Shown here: positions 45,001 to 54,223 of the stretch, piece after piece
How positions within the stretch are numbered: position 1 is the stretch's first letter
How the letters are laid out: the number at the start of each line of letters is the position of its first letter
Source: Dehalococcoidia bacterium
GTDB lineage: Bacteria > Chloroflexota > Dehalococcoidia > Lucifugimonadales > UBA3495
Assembly: GCA_965218875.1 (NCBI GenBank)
Contig: CBDCMJ010000001.1
Span: forward strand, 2,840-66,839
Direction of reading: 5' to 3'
DNA: 64,000 bases
Program-made: the position numbers and the translations under genes
The notes under the pieces: model-generated
The model's database searches: none
Told to the model about the DNA's origin: nothing
Seen by the model: the letters and a program-made list of their open reading frames with translations, nothing else

Positions 45001-48000
45001 ATGAACGGGGTGGACGATCCTAATGGCTCCGGCAAGTTGTTCGCCTACACACTGAGCGACGGCGCGCGCGACACTACTAAGGAGATCCCCCTCAATTTGA
45101 CTAGTTATGATGGTGCGAGGGGCATCTGGTCGAACGGGACCACCATTTGGGTATCGGACTGGATAGACGCCAAGTTGTTCGCCTACACCCTGGCCACAGG
45201 CGCGCGCGTGCCAGCCAGCGACATTACCCTGCACCACTTGAACGACAGCGCCCAGGGCATCTGGTCCGACGGGACCACCATCTGGGTTGCCCAATGGAAT
45301 TCCCACAGGGTTTACGCCTACACACTGGCCACTGGCGCATACGACCCCGACAGGGGATTCGACCTAGCGCCAGGCAACCGTTACCCACGTGACATGTGGT
45401 CTGACAGGGCGACGCTATTCGTGCCAGACCATTTTCAGAAGGTTTTCTCCTACAACATGCCGCCCTCCAGCAACGCCCGGCTGCGCGAGCTGGAGTTGAC
45501 CGGGATCGTGCTGGATCCAATGTTCGACGGCGGCATATTCAGCTACGGCACCACCTCCGTCGCCACCAGCCAGACGGAGGTAACGGCGGTTCCCAGCGAT
45601 CCCGACGCTACCTATGTGGTCAAGTTGAACGGGGTCGAGGACGACGACGGCACGGTGGACTTCGAGGGGTGCGGTGACGTCGTCTCGGTGGAGGTTACGG
45701 CGGCGGACGGGATGACGACGCAGACCTACACGGTGACCATCCCGGCGCATGCCACCGACGTCCCTGACCTGTCGGCCGACGCCCAGACGCTGGGAGAGGT
45801 GGACATCGGAGGGAAAGCGTGCAGCCAGATTGACCACACTCACGATGTTGACTGGTTCGCGGTGGATCTGGTTGCGGGGAGCACTTACGTCATCGACCTC
45901 GAGGGAAAGGCCACTAACGCCGGCACCCTGTTCGATCCGATACTGAGCGGCGTGTATGTCACGCCGAAGGGGGGCACAGAGCAGATCATCGGCAGTCCTC
46001 GCGGCATCCGGGATGACAACGACGGTGAGGGCAACAACAGCCGCCTGATGTTCTACGTCGTGGAATCGGGCAGGTACTATATCGCCGTACGGGGTTTCAG
46101 CCTCCATACCGGCACCTACGTGTTGAGTGTGAATCAAAGAACCCTCGACGACCTGAGGCCCATCGTTTACCCCAACGACCCGAGCTATGACCGCCCCAAC
46201 GTCCCAGCAGTCGGCGAACCCCAAGACCAATCGGGCCACCCGTTGATCCTGCTGCGTGCGGCGCCGGCCCCGGACCCGGGACCCCTGGGTTCGGATATGC
46301 CCGAGGACACGACCACCACCGCGACGGTGATCGTGAACGGAGTGAACAACGACGACCCCGGTGATGACGGACGCTACCACGGGCAGATCGACCACCACTA
46401 CGACCGGGACTGGGTCCGGGTGTGGCTGAGGTCCGGGAGGGCCTACGTGATCCACATGCTGGGCGCTGGGAACGCTTGGAGCGAGGATGAGAACAGTTGG
46501 CGCCTGACCTTGGAGGGGCCGCAGATTGGAGGGGTTTTCCTCGTTGACCGGGTCGCCGGAGACCCCTATCCCTACGGTCTGCCTGGAACCGACGGGGAAC
46601 CCACCAACGACGAGTGGGGGGCCGGACCGCAGTCGGCGGCCTACTTCACGGCCACTGAGACCGGCTGGCACTACATCCAGGCTCAGGGCCAGTCCGTCGT
46701 ACAAACCGGCACCTATGCGGTGCACGTGTTCAACCTCGCGAACCCATGGGGCGGCCCATCCCCCGCGCCAACGTCGGCCCAGAGCACCGGGGAGACCCCC
46801 GGGCGGCCCAAGGGTCTGACTGGTACCGTGGCACACGACGCCGTGGCCCTGACCTGGGATGATCCCGAGGACGCCAGCATCACTGGTTATCAGATACTGA
46901 GGTTGGACCGGGATGTGCATGGTGTGGGGAACTTCCAGGTCCACGTGGAGGACACGGGGAGCGCGACGGCGGCGTATGTTGACCGGGAGGTTGAGCCGGA
47001 GACTCGCTACATCTACCGGATCAAGGCGCGCAACGCGGTGGGGCTGAGCGCGCGCAGCAAATACTTCAATGCCAACACGCCGCCGGCGCCGGATGCGGAG
47101 CCCAACACCCCGGCCACGGGAGCGCCGTCCATTACGGGCACCGCCGTGGTGGGTGGGACGCTGACGGCCGATGTCTCGGGGATAGAGGACGCCGACGGGC
47201 TGAGCGGCGCGGTGTACAGCTACCAATGGATGATCAGCTTGGAAACGGCGAGCGCCGACATACCGGGGGCGACGGGAGCCACCTACAGCCCGGTGGCCTC
47301 CGACGAGGGATTGGCCATCAGTGTGCGAGTCAGCTTCACGGACGACGCGGGCAACGCGGAGAGTCTGACCAGCGCGGAGACGGAGCCGGTGGGCTATGCG
47401 GTGCAGGCGCAAGTGGCGAACACCCCGGCCACGGGAGCGCCGACGATCGGCGGCAACCCGCGGGTGGGCGAAGCGCTGAGGGCGTCTACATCCGGCATCG
47501 CCGACCAAGACGGATTGAGCAACGCAGTTTACCAATACCAGTGGCTGGCTGACGACACCGAAATCGCCGGAGCCACCGCCGCGGCCTACACCCTGGTAGA
47601 TGACGACGCGGGCAAGGCCATCAAGGTGCAGGTGTCCTTCACGGACGACGCGGGCAACGAGGAGAGTCTGACCAGCGCGGCCACGGTAGCGGTGGAGGCC
47701 CGGCCCAACACTCCGGCCACCGGCGCGCCCACCATCAGCGGGATCGCCCAAGTGGGCGAGACGCTGACGGCGAACACATCAGGGGTCGCCGACGCGGACG
47801 GGCTTAGCAACGTCCAGTACGAGTACCAGTGGCTTGCGGACGACTCCGACATCTCGGGAGCGACCAACGCCACCTACACCCTGACCGATAGCGAAGAAAG
47901 CAAGGCCATTACGGTGCAGGTGAGCTTCACCGACGACGCCGATAACGAGGAGACGCTGACCAGCGCGGCAACGGACGCGGTGGCCGGTGCGCAACCCACG

Positions 48001-50640
48001 GAGCCGCCCGCCAAGCCCAGGAATCTCTCCGCCACGGCGTCGCACGACTCGGTGACCCTCACCTGGGACGACCCCGGCGACGACTCCATCACCGGCTACG
48101 TCATCCTGCGGCGCAACCGCGCGACCACCGACCCGGGCGAGTTCACCGAACTGGTGGCCGATACGGGCAGCGCCGCGACCACCTACACCGACCACAGCGT
48201 GTCGGCCGAAACTCTCTACACCTACCGGATCAAGGCCATCAACGGGCACGGGGTGAGCGAGCTCTCCCGCTGGGTGCGGGCCGACACCCCGGCGCCTCCC
48301 GTCCCCGCGCCGCCCACGGGCCTGACCGCCACGGCGTCCCACCACCAGGTGGTCCTCAGCTGGGACGACCCCCAGGACGACACCATCACCGGCTACGTCA
48401 TCCTGCGGCGCAACCGGTCGACCACCGCCCCGGGCGAGTTCACCGAATTGGTGGCTGATACGGGCAGCGCCGCGAACGCCTACACCGACGACAGCGTGTC
48501 GGCCGACACTTCCTACACCTACAAGATCAGGGCCATCAACGGGCACGGGGTGAGCGAGCTCTCCCGCTGGGCGCGGGCCGACACACCGGCTCCTTCCCCG
48601 GCGAACAGCCCGGCCACGGGAGCGCCGACCATCGCAGGAACGGTCCAGGTGGGCTCGACGCTGACGGCGGACACCTCCGGCATCGTCGACCAGGACGGGT
48701 TGACCAACGTTGCCTACAGCTACCAGTGGCTGGCCGACGATGCCGACATCGCCGGAGCGACGGACTCCAGCTACACCCCGACCGATGGCGACGAGGGCGC
48801 AATCATCAAGCTGCGGGTGAGCTTCACCGACGACGCCGGCAACGAGGAGACGCTGACCAGCGTGGCGACGGATACGGTGGAGGTCCGACCCAACAGCCCG
48901 GCCACGGGAGCGCCGACCATCGCAGGAACGGCGCAGGTGGGCGAGACCCTGACGGCGGACACGTCGGGCATCGTCGACCAGGACGGGTTGACCAACGTTG
49001 CCTACAGCTACCAGTGGCTGGCCGACGATGCCGACATCGCCGGAGCGACGGACTCCAGCTACACCCCGACCGATGGCGACGAGGGCGCAATCATCAAGCT
49101 GCGGGTGTCCTTCACCGACGACGCGGGCAACGAGGAGACGATGACCAGCGCGGCGACGGAGCCGGTCGGCTTCGCGGTCCAGCAACAGATCGTGAACACG
49201 CCCGCCACTGGCCAACCCACCATCTCTGGCATGGCGCAGGTGGGCGAGACGCTGACGGCGGACACGTCGGGCATCTCCGACGTCGACGGGCTGAGCAGCG
49301 CTTCCTACAGCTATCAGTGGCTGGCCGACGACGCTGCAATTACCGGCGCCACCGCGACGACCTACACCCTGACCGACAGCGAACAAGGCAAGACCGTCAA
49401 GGTGCGGGTGTCCTTCACGGACGACGCCGGCAACGAGGAGACGCTGACCAGCGTGGCGACGGATACGGTGGAGGCCCGACCCAACAGCCCGGCCACGGGA
49501 GCGCCGACCATCGCAGGAACGGCGCAGGTGGGCGAGACCCTGACGGCGGACACGTCGGGCATCGTCGACCAGGACGGGTTGACCAACGTTGCCTACAGCT
49601 ACCAGTGGCTGGCCGACGATGCCGACATCGCCGGAGCGACGGACTCCAGCTACACCCCGACCGATGGCGACGAGGGCGCAATCATCAAGGTGCGGGTGTC
49701 CTTCACGGACGACGCCGGCAACGAGGAGACGCTGACCAGCGTGGCGACGGATACGGTGGAGGCCCGACCCAACAGCCCGGCCACGGGAGCGCCGACCATC
49801 GCAGGAACGGCGCAGGTGGGCGAGACCCTGACGGCGGACACGTCGGGCATCGCCGACGGTGACGGGTTGACCAACGCTGCCTACAGCTACCAGTGGCTGG
49901 CCGACGATGCCGACATCGCCGGAGCGACGGACTCCAGCTACACCCCGACCGATGGCGACGAGGGCGCAATCATCAAGCTGCGGGTGTCCTTCACCGACGA
50001 CGCCGGCAACGAGGAGACGCTGACCAGCGCGGCAACGGATACGGTGGAGGCCCGACCCAACAGCCCGGCCACCGGCCAGCCGACCATTGTAGGAACGGAG
50101 CAGGTGGGCGAGACGCTGACGGCGGACACCTCCGGCATCGCCGACCAGGACAGGCTGAGCAGCGTTTCCTACAGCTATCAGTGGCTGGCCGACGACGCTG
50201 CAATTACCGGCGCCACCGCGACGACCTACACCCTGACCGACAGCGAACAAGGCAAGACCGTCAAGGTGCGGGTGTCCTTCACGGACGATGCCGGCAATGA
50301 TGAGAGTCTGACCAGCGCAGCCACCGGTACGGTGGAGGCGCGACCCAACAGTCCGGCCACCGGCGCGCCCGTCATTGTGGGCACGGCCCGGGTGGGCGAG
50401 ACGCTGACGGCGGACACCTCGGGCATCGCCGACGCTGACGGGTTGAGCAGCGCGGTCTACCACTACCAGTGGATCGTTAGCGACGGCGGCGCTGACCTCG
50501 TGGTCCCGGGCGCGAAGGCGTCGACCTACACTGTGCTCGCGATCGACCGGATGCTCGTCATCAAGGTGAGGGTCCACGTCACTGATGACCGCGGGCACGT
50601 GGAGACGCTAACCAGCGCGCCGACCGCGGTGGTCCGCTGA
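42064..50640 (+). CDS. Giant secreted/surface repeat protein (about 2,860 aa)
   Basis: It has a signal-like segment VPALVLTAALLLAAIAALPALPLQAQT and 4 cadherin-like beta-sandwich-type modules. Three blocks of five GIWSDGTT(I/M)WVAD..KLYAYTL repeats follow, then two PPC-like modules (DVDWFAV.., DRDWVRV..). It also has 3 Fn3 modules and ten 96-aa PNSPATGAPTI.G..VGETLTADTSGI.D.DGL repeats. The start is uncertain: ATG 42064, ATG 42079 or GTG around 42187. Confidence 0.85.
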   Translation: MKVINMARKYLPLPPPPRLLPFGIAGWLAWGIARSALRGSRVSAPIRQVPALVLTAALLLAAIAALPALPLQAQTPAAELSGLSLSSGTLRPTFAAATTEYRAAVNYSVNRITVTATAAIGVTVEYLDATDIALDDADINATGFQVDLAVGETAFKAKVTSGTDTETYTVTVERDSAHIFGWTPSRDINALEAAGNASPQGIWSEGTTMWVADDDDDKLYAYTLATDARDATRDISLHSDNGDPQGIWSDETTIWVADDDDDKLYAYALSGGARDASKEFSLHADNGDPAGIWSDGMTIWVAESSGSPRKVFAYTLSGGANDTDKEFVSNWIPVGIWSHGTTMWVVNDVGVNVGLRVEAYTIDLNTDGTAGPNHGHRDTDKLFGLRSTRGTTPMGIWSDGKGAVWITAPDGPKVESYHMLPFSAGSTTLSTLTITDGTSDSALRPAFASTTLSYRTSVTDDVNRVTVSATPSDSTATLAYLDANGEALEDADSNTTGFQVDVGVGTTGIQVLVTTHDGFAFIHRVVVERDSGRPGGWTPTNDLYDLDPIAVNYPAGIWSDGTTMWLTNHSKSTVFAYTLATSLRDTSKEFSLHTDNDDPWGLWSDGTTIWVVDKTDKKVYAYTLDTGARDATQDIDLDSTIDEARGIWSDETTVWIADRFGTQLYAYTLSTGARDTTKEFALAANSEITGIWSDGTILWVADRLADTLYAYQLADGARDLARDIELVLPSPEGVWGRGSTIWVADAGFAFYGLSTALHRVTSYRLPPSSPNDITLSSLSLSPSPLVPSFTANLRPAFSFARVAYRVAVPNRAGRVTVNAAASNSATTVAYQDANGDVLEDADSNASGFQVDVAMGETSISIRLASGGTALTYTVVVERDSAALYGWTPTSDLNDLLQDNPALAGDRIRGVWADETTIYVIGHFEPMVFAYTRADGSRDESKDITTNQGSLAGGLDDGGKAGIWSDGMTMWVLNYVYGEDMNGVDDPNGSGKLFAYTLSDGARDTTKEIPLNLTSYDGARGIWSNGTTIWVSDWIDAKLFAYTLATGARVPASDITLHHLNDSAQGIWSDGTTIWVAQWNSHRVYAYTLATGAYDPDRGFDLAPGNRYPRDMWSDRATLFVPDHFQKVFSYNMPPSSNARLRELELTGIVLDPMFDGGIFSYGTTSVATSQTEVTAVPSDPDATYVVKLNGVEDDDGTVDFEGCGDVVSVEVTAADGMTTQTYTVTIPAHATDVPDLSADAQTLGEVDIGGKACSQIDHTHDVDWFAVDLVAGSTYVIDLEGKATNAGTLFDPILSGVYVTPKGGTEQIIGSPRGIRDDNDGEGNNSRLMFYVVESGRYYIAVRGFSLHTGTYVLSVNQRTLDDLRPIVYPNDPSYDRPNVPAVGEPQDQSGHPLILLRAAPAPDPGPLGSDMPEDTTTTATVIVNGVNNDDPGDDGRYHGQIDHHYDRDWVRVWLRSGRAYVIHMLGAGNAWSEDENSWRLTLEGPQIGGVFLVDRVAGDPYPYGLPGTDGEPTNDEWGAGPQSAAYFTATETGWHYIQAQGQSVVQTGTYAVHVFNLANPWGGPSPAPTSAQSTGETPGRPKGLTGTVAHDAVALTWDDPEDASITGYQILRLDRDVHGVGNFQVHVEDTGSATAAYVDREVEPETRYIYRIKARNAVGLSARSKYFNANTPPAPDAEPNTPATGAPSITGTAVVGGTLTADVSGIEDADGLSGAVYSYQWMISLETASADIPGATGATYSPVASDEGLAISVRVSFTDDAGNAESLTSAETEPVGYAVQAQVANTPATGAPTIGGNPRVGEALRASTSGIADQDGLSNAVYQYQWLADDTEIAGATAAAYTLVDDDAGKAIKVQVSFTDDAGNEESLTSAATVAVEARPNTPATGAPTISGIAQVGETLTANTSGVADADGLSNVQYEYQWLADDSDISGATNATYTLTDSEESKAITVQVSFTDDADNEETLTSAATDAVAGAQPTEPPAKPRNLSATASHDSVTLTWDDPGDDSITGYVILRRNRATTDPGEFTELVADTGSAATTYTDHSVSAETLYTYRIKAINGHGVSELSRWVRADTPAPPVPAPPTGLTATASHHQVVLSWDDPQDDTITGYVILRRNRSTTAPGEFTELVADTGSAANAYTDDSVSADTSYTYKIRAINGHGVSELSRWARADTPAPSPANSPATGAPTIAGTVQVGSTLTADTSGIVDQDGLTNVAYSYQWLADDADIAGATDSSYTPTDGDEGAIIKLRVSFTDDAGNEETLTSVATDTVEVRPNSPATGAPTIAGTAQVGETLTADTSGIVDQDGLTNVAYSYQWLADDADIAGATDSSYTPTDGDEGAIIKLRVSFTDDAGNEETMTSAATEPVGFAVQQQIVNTPATGQPTISGMAQVGETLTADTSGISDVDGLSSASYSYQWLADDAAITGATATTYTLTDSEQGKTVKVRVSFTDDAGNEETLTSVATDTVEARPNSPATGAPTIAGTAQVGETLTADTSGIVDQDGLTNVAYSYQWLADDADIAGATDSSYTPTDGDEGAIIKVRVSFTDDAGNEETLTSVATDTVEARPNSPATGAPTIAGTAQVGETLTADTSGIADGDGLTNAAYSYQWLADDADIAGATDSSYTPTDGDEGAIIKLRVSFTDDAGNEETLTSAATDTVEARPNSPATGQPTIVGTEQVGETLTADTSGIADQDRLSSVSYSYQWLADDAAITGATATTYTLTDSEQGKTVKVRVSFTDDAGNDESLTSAATGTVEARPNSPATGAPVIVGTARVGETLTADTSGIADADGLSSAVYHYQWIVSDGGADLVVPGAKASTYTVLAIDRMLVIKVRVHVTDDRGHVETLTSAPTAVVR
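42103..42115 (+). repeat. C13 homopolymer tract
   Basis: There are 13 consecutive C. They encode PPPP in the 42007/42064 frame, upstream of the signal-peptide-like segment. Confidence 0.95.
48597..50637 (+). repeat. Tandem 288-bp (96-codon) coding repeats, seven units, several nearly identical
   Basis: The unit ..PNSPATGAPTIAGTAQVGETLTADTSGIVDQDGLTNVAYSYQWLADDADIAGATDSSYTPTDGDEGAIIK.RVSFTDDAGNEETLTSVATDTVEAR recurs almost verbatim. Three more diverged units lie at about 47098-47990. Confidence 0.9.
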
Positions 50641-50653
50641 GCGCAGCCGACAG

Positions 50654-50682
50654 GGAGGCCGCTGTCCTAGGCAGCGGCCTCC
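50654..50682 (+). terminator. Strong hairpin downstream of the giant ORF
   Basis: GGAGGCCGCTG-TCCTAGG-CAGCGGCCTCC forms an 11-bp stem. No U tract follows. Confidence 0.4.
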
Positions 50683-50762
50683 GCCCGCGGCGACGCTGAG
50701 GGGGCCTTCCCAACACGCCGGCGACCCAGCCGCCGGTTCAGTCGCGCGAGAGGAGATGACGC

Positions 50763-51661
50763 ATGACGAAAGCGGGCCAAGCGACGCCCGCCCGGCCCGT
50801 CCTGGCCGACAATGCCGACATCTCAGGGGCCACCGCAACGGCCTACACCCTGGCGGACGCCGACGAGGGCGCTGCAGTCAAGGTGCCGTTGTCCTTCACC
50901 GACGACGCCGGCAACGAGGAGGAGTTGACCAGCGCGGCCACCATCGCAGTGGAGGCCCGGCCCAACAGCCCGGCCACCGGTCAGCCCACCATCTCCGGCA
51001 CGGCCCGGGTTGGCGAGACGCTGACGGCGGATGCCTCCGGCATCGCCGACGATGACGGGTTGAACCAAGCGTCCTACAGCTACCAGTGGCTGGCCGACGA
51101 TGCCGACATCGCCGGGGCCACCGCCACGGCCTACACGCTGGTGGACGCCGACGAGGGCGCTACCATCAAGGTACGGGTATCCTTCACCGACGACGCGGAC
51201 CACGAGGAGTCGCTGACCAGCGCGGCCACCGTGTCGGTGGCGGCGGCGGAATCCGCCGAACCGCCCGCGCCGCCCACGGGCCTGACCGCTGCGGCGTCCC
51301 ACGACCAAGTGGTCCTCAGCTGGTACGACCCCCAGGACGACGGCATCACCGGCTACGTGATCCTGCGGCGCAACCGGGCGACCACCGACCCGGGCGAGTT
51401 CACAGAACTGGTGGCGGACACGGGCAGCGCCGCCACCACCTACACCGACCACGGCGTGGCGGCCGACGCTTCCTACACCTACCGGATCAAGGCCATCAAC
51501 GAGCATGGGACGAGCGAGCGGTCCCGCTGGGTGCACATCGACACTCCGGCGGCCCCGTAGCCGGTGGCCACGACTGCGCCGCCGAGGGAGCCATCTGCAC
51601 CAGAGACGGCAGGATTCTGTCCAACCGGCTGGAGGAGTTCACCGCCGCTGGGCCGGGTTAA
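50763..51661 (+). pseudogene. Fragmentary paralog of the giant protein (starts mid-repeat; C-terminal tail is in another frame)
   Basis: An AGGAG ribosome-binding site and ATG are followed by ..LADNADISGATATAYTL.., which is the middle of a 96-aa unit. One full unit and an Fn3 module follow. The stop is at 51558-51560, but ..AGGHDCAAEGAICTRDGRILSNRLEEFTAAGPG* continues in a shifted frame to 51661. Confidence 0.6.
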
Positions 51662-51905
51662 TAGACCTGCCATCGCCCGTAGCTCAGCTCCCAGGGTCCC
51701 AGGGCAACGGAAGAGCCCGCCCGCATGGCAGAGGGGCTCGGGTGAAACGAAAAGGGGTCCGCATACTCAGACTGGCAGGGCCGCCGTCCAATTCCCGCTA
51801 TGAAGGTCCGACGTTGTAGCGGTCGAGGGATCCGCGCCGATGCCGAATCACCCGTGCTCCCGGCGGCAGAAAGAGCGGAACCTGACAGGAGAGGAAGCAG
51901 GCGAA

Positions 51906-52160
51906 ATGAGACGGAAGCGTCCCTCGCGGTCCAGAGTGAAGCTCAACCCCGTCGCCGTGTGGGAACTGCTGGACCAACTGGGCATAACCCAAAAGGAGTT
52001 GGCCCGGCGCAGCGGGATTTCCGCGGGATACCTCTCCCAACTGATTCGCGGGGAGCGCAGTCCCTCGGTGCGCACCCAGCGACGCTTGCAGCAGGCCCTG
52101 GGCGTGAGCGACTGGGACCGGCTGTTCTTCATGGAACCCATTGAACCCGCCGGTGAGTAA
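51906..52160 (+). CDS. XRE-family HTH protein (ICE copy B)
   Basis: ITQKELARRSGISAGYLSQLIRGERSPSVRTQRRLQQAL. It is homologous to 13792-14034. Confidence 0.75.
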   Translation: MRRKRPSRSRVKLNPVAVWELLDQLGITQKELARRSGISAGYLSQLIRGERSPSVRTQRRLQQALGVSDWDRLFFMEPIEPAGE

Positions 52161-52294
52161 CGGCCGGTCCACCGGGACGCGGCGGCCCTGCCGGCCAACT
52201 CTTGCGGTGCACCCGCGCCGGTCAATCCCCTCCGCAAGGCCCGGATACGGGCCTTGACCTGCTGAAATGTGAAAAGGCCGCAAACATGGAACGG

Positions 52295-52329
52295 AGAGAG
52301 GGGACACCGCATCGTGCGGCGTCCCCTCT
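52295..52329. terminator. Extended hairpin between convergent genes
   Basis: GAGAGGGGAC-ACCGCATCGTGCGGC-GTCCCCTCTC forms a 10-bp outer stem with an inner 5-bp stem CCGCA/TGCGG. Confidence 0.45.
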
Positions 52330-52566
52330 CGAATTGTCGCACCGGTCCACCAGCCCTCGCCCACCAACTCCGCCTCCCGTTCCTGTTCCGAGTTTAGCGC
52401 CCACTCGACGATGGACCGGTACGGAGAATTGGGCCTGGCGTTCCGTGTGGAGCCGCGCCGGTTCCCCGGCCAGAACTATCCAGACCGTCGGCGCGGTGTC
52501 TCATATCCGGTAGAGAGAAAGGCTGTAGGCGTTTCACCCTTGCCCGCTGTCCCTTCCTGGCCTCGC

Positions 52567-53859
52567 TCAGACGCCGGTCCGGTCCTCCCTGGGACCGTTG
52601 CCGTCCGGCTCCGGCTTGGTCAGCATGGCGCCGTAGCCCCGCTCGTCCACCAGGTGGGTCACGGACACCCGGCCCCGGCTGTCGTACCCCGCGCGGTAGG
52701 CGTACTCAACCTCGGCGCCCCAGGGCACCCGGCCGCCGATGCGCACGGTGCCGCCGCCAGGGTTGTTACCACCGGCCCCCGGCCCACCGGCGCCGCGCAC
52801 CACCACGCCGTTGCGCCCGCCCTTCTTCCAGGCCATCACCTTGACCTCGGCGGGCACCACCAGCTCCGCCGCCGAGGGCCGGAACAACACCCCGTGCAGC
52901 TTCCTCAGAACCTCCCCCGACGGGTTTCGCTGGCCGTTCATGATCTGGGAGAGATGACCGGAGCTGATGCCGGCCAGCCGGGCCGTCTCGTTCTGGCTCA
53001 GCTCGTGAGCATCCATCCGGTCCCACAGGGCGCGCGGATCGACGGTGGGAGGCTGGGCGGGTTCAATCCTGGCGGGCGCGTCCAGCGCCTCCTCCACCCG
53101 CGCCTGGACCGCCGGGCTCATGCTCCTTTCGCCCCGGGACACCTGGGTCATGTAGCCGCGAGACACCCCCACGTGTTCCGCCAGACCCTTGAGGCTCATG
53201 CCCTGCTCGCGGGCCCGCTCCCGGATGTAGCTGCTCTGACCCCTCCCTTTCACCCTGCCGTCCTGCCGGTTGGCGCACTGGGCAGGCCCGACTTTCACCG
53301 GACCGCCCAGCACCGATTCGACCCGCGTCTGGACGGCCGGGCTCATGTTCTTCCGGCCCCGCGCCACCTCCGACATGTAGCCGACCGACACCCCCACCCG
53401 CTGGGCCAGTTCCTTCTGGCTCAGGCCCAACTCCCGGGCCCGCTCCCGGATGCAGGTGCTCTCTCCCTGGATCAGGCCGCCCCGGCGGTAGACGATCCCC
53501 TGGCCGGGCACCTCGCCCAGGACCGCCGTGGCCCTCTCCCGCAGCAGGGGAGTCCAGGGCCGGCGCCCGCTGGCCACCGAGGACAGGTAGCCGTAGTTCA
53601 CGCCCATCTTCACCGCCAGTTCCTTCAGGTTGAGGCCGTGCCGCCGGGCGGCAGCCCGAAGCTCGCTCTCGGGCTTGCCCCTGGTCCGTCCCTGTCCCGC
53701 CGCCCCGGCCTGCGTTCCCTGGATGTTCCCCGCACCGGCTGCGGCGTTCTCGTTGCCGTCGAACCTGGTTATGGAATGGGTGATTACCTCGGTGGTGTGG
53801 ATGTTGGTAGTCGTCTTCATGTCGTTTCCTCCAAAACGCAGAAAGCGGGGCCGGCCCAA
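52567..53859 (-). CDS. Protein with four tandem XRE-type HTH domains plus a C-terminal domain
   Basis: There are four repeats of ..L(S/N)(Q/L)KELA..(M/V)GVS.GY(L/M)S.V(A/S)RG.R..SP.. The C-terminal roughly 120 aa is beta-rich and unassigned. Confidence 0.7.
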   Translation of the reverse strand: MGRPRFLRFGGNDMKTTTNIHTTEVITHSITRFDGNENAAAGAGNIQGTQAGAAGQGRTRGKPESELRAAARRHGLNLKELAVKMGVNYGYLSSVASGRRPWTPLLRERATAVLGEVPGQGIVYRRGGLIQGESTCIRERARELGLSQKELAQRVGVSVGYMSEVARGRKNMSPAVQTRVESVLGGPVKVGPAQCANRQDGRVKGRGQSSYIRERAREQGMSLKGLAEHVGVSRGYMTQVSRGERSMSPAVQARVEEALDAPARIEPAQPPTVDPRALWDRMDAHELSQNETARLAGISSGHLSQIMNGQRNPSGEVLRKLHGVLFRPSAAELVVPAEVKVMAWKKGGRNGVVVRGAGGPGAGGNNPGGGTVRIGGRVPWGAEVEYAYRAGYDSRGRVSVTHLVDERGYGAMLTKPEPDGNGPREDRTGV

Positions 53860-54043
53860 AGGGACCGACCCCGCTCGTCTGTAAGCACTAGATTTTCAGT
53901 TGCCGGTGGCGGCTCAACCGACCGCCTTGATTTCCGCCGCGCCACCCCAGGGGGCGACGGGCTTGTGATTCCTGCTACTTATTCAGTTGTTGTTCCAACC
54001 TCCTGTAAGGGGATGGGAATTCAGGGTTCATCGTGTTGGTGGA

Positions 54044-54223
54044 TTACCTCCTTTCGGTTATGGATTGGCTGCTGGTTCGTGCCTTTCCCGTTGCTGGTGG
54101 CAGCGGCCCACCGATGAGCAGTACCGCCGCCACGGCGATAAACAGGCGCCTGTGCCCGCCGATGAAACCGCCGACAGCGACCGCTGTAGTCTTGAGTTGG
54201 TTGAGCCGTTCCGTGATGCGCAT
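54044..54223 (-). CDS. Small membrane protein (short homolog of 27872-28177)
   Basis: MRITERLNQLKTTAVAVGGFIGGHRRLFIAVAAVLLIGGPL. Confidence 0.5.
   Translation of the reverse strand: MRITERLNQLKTTAVAVGGFIGGHRRLFIAVAAVLLIGGPLPPATGKARTSSQSITERR

Noticed and set aside
47098-50637. A regular 288-bp periodicity that could be mistaken for a CRISPR or satellite array.
   Set aside because: The repeats are contiguous with no unique spacers, lie in one long ORF, and translate into a coherent 96-aa domain repeat.
51675-51689. GCCCGTAGCTCAGCT, a tRNA 5'-end/D-arm-like 15-mer at the left edge of ICE copy B, considered as a possible att remnant.
   Set aside because: No cloverleaf can be completed after it. 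An inverted copy-B att remnant should be the reverse complement of a tRNA 3' end, which this is not. It is probably chance or a very old fragment.
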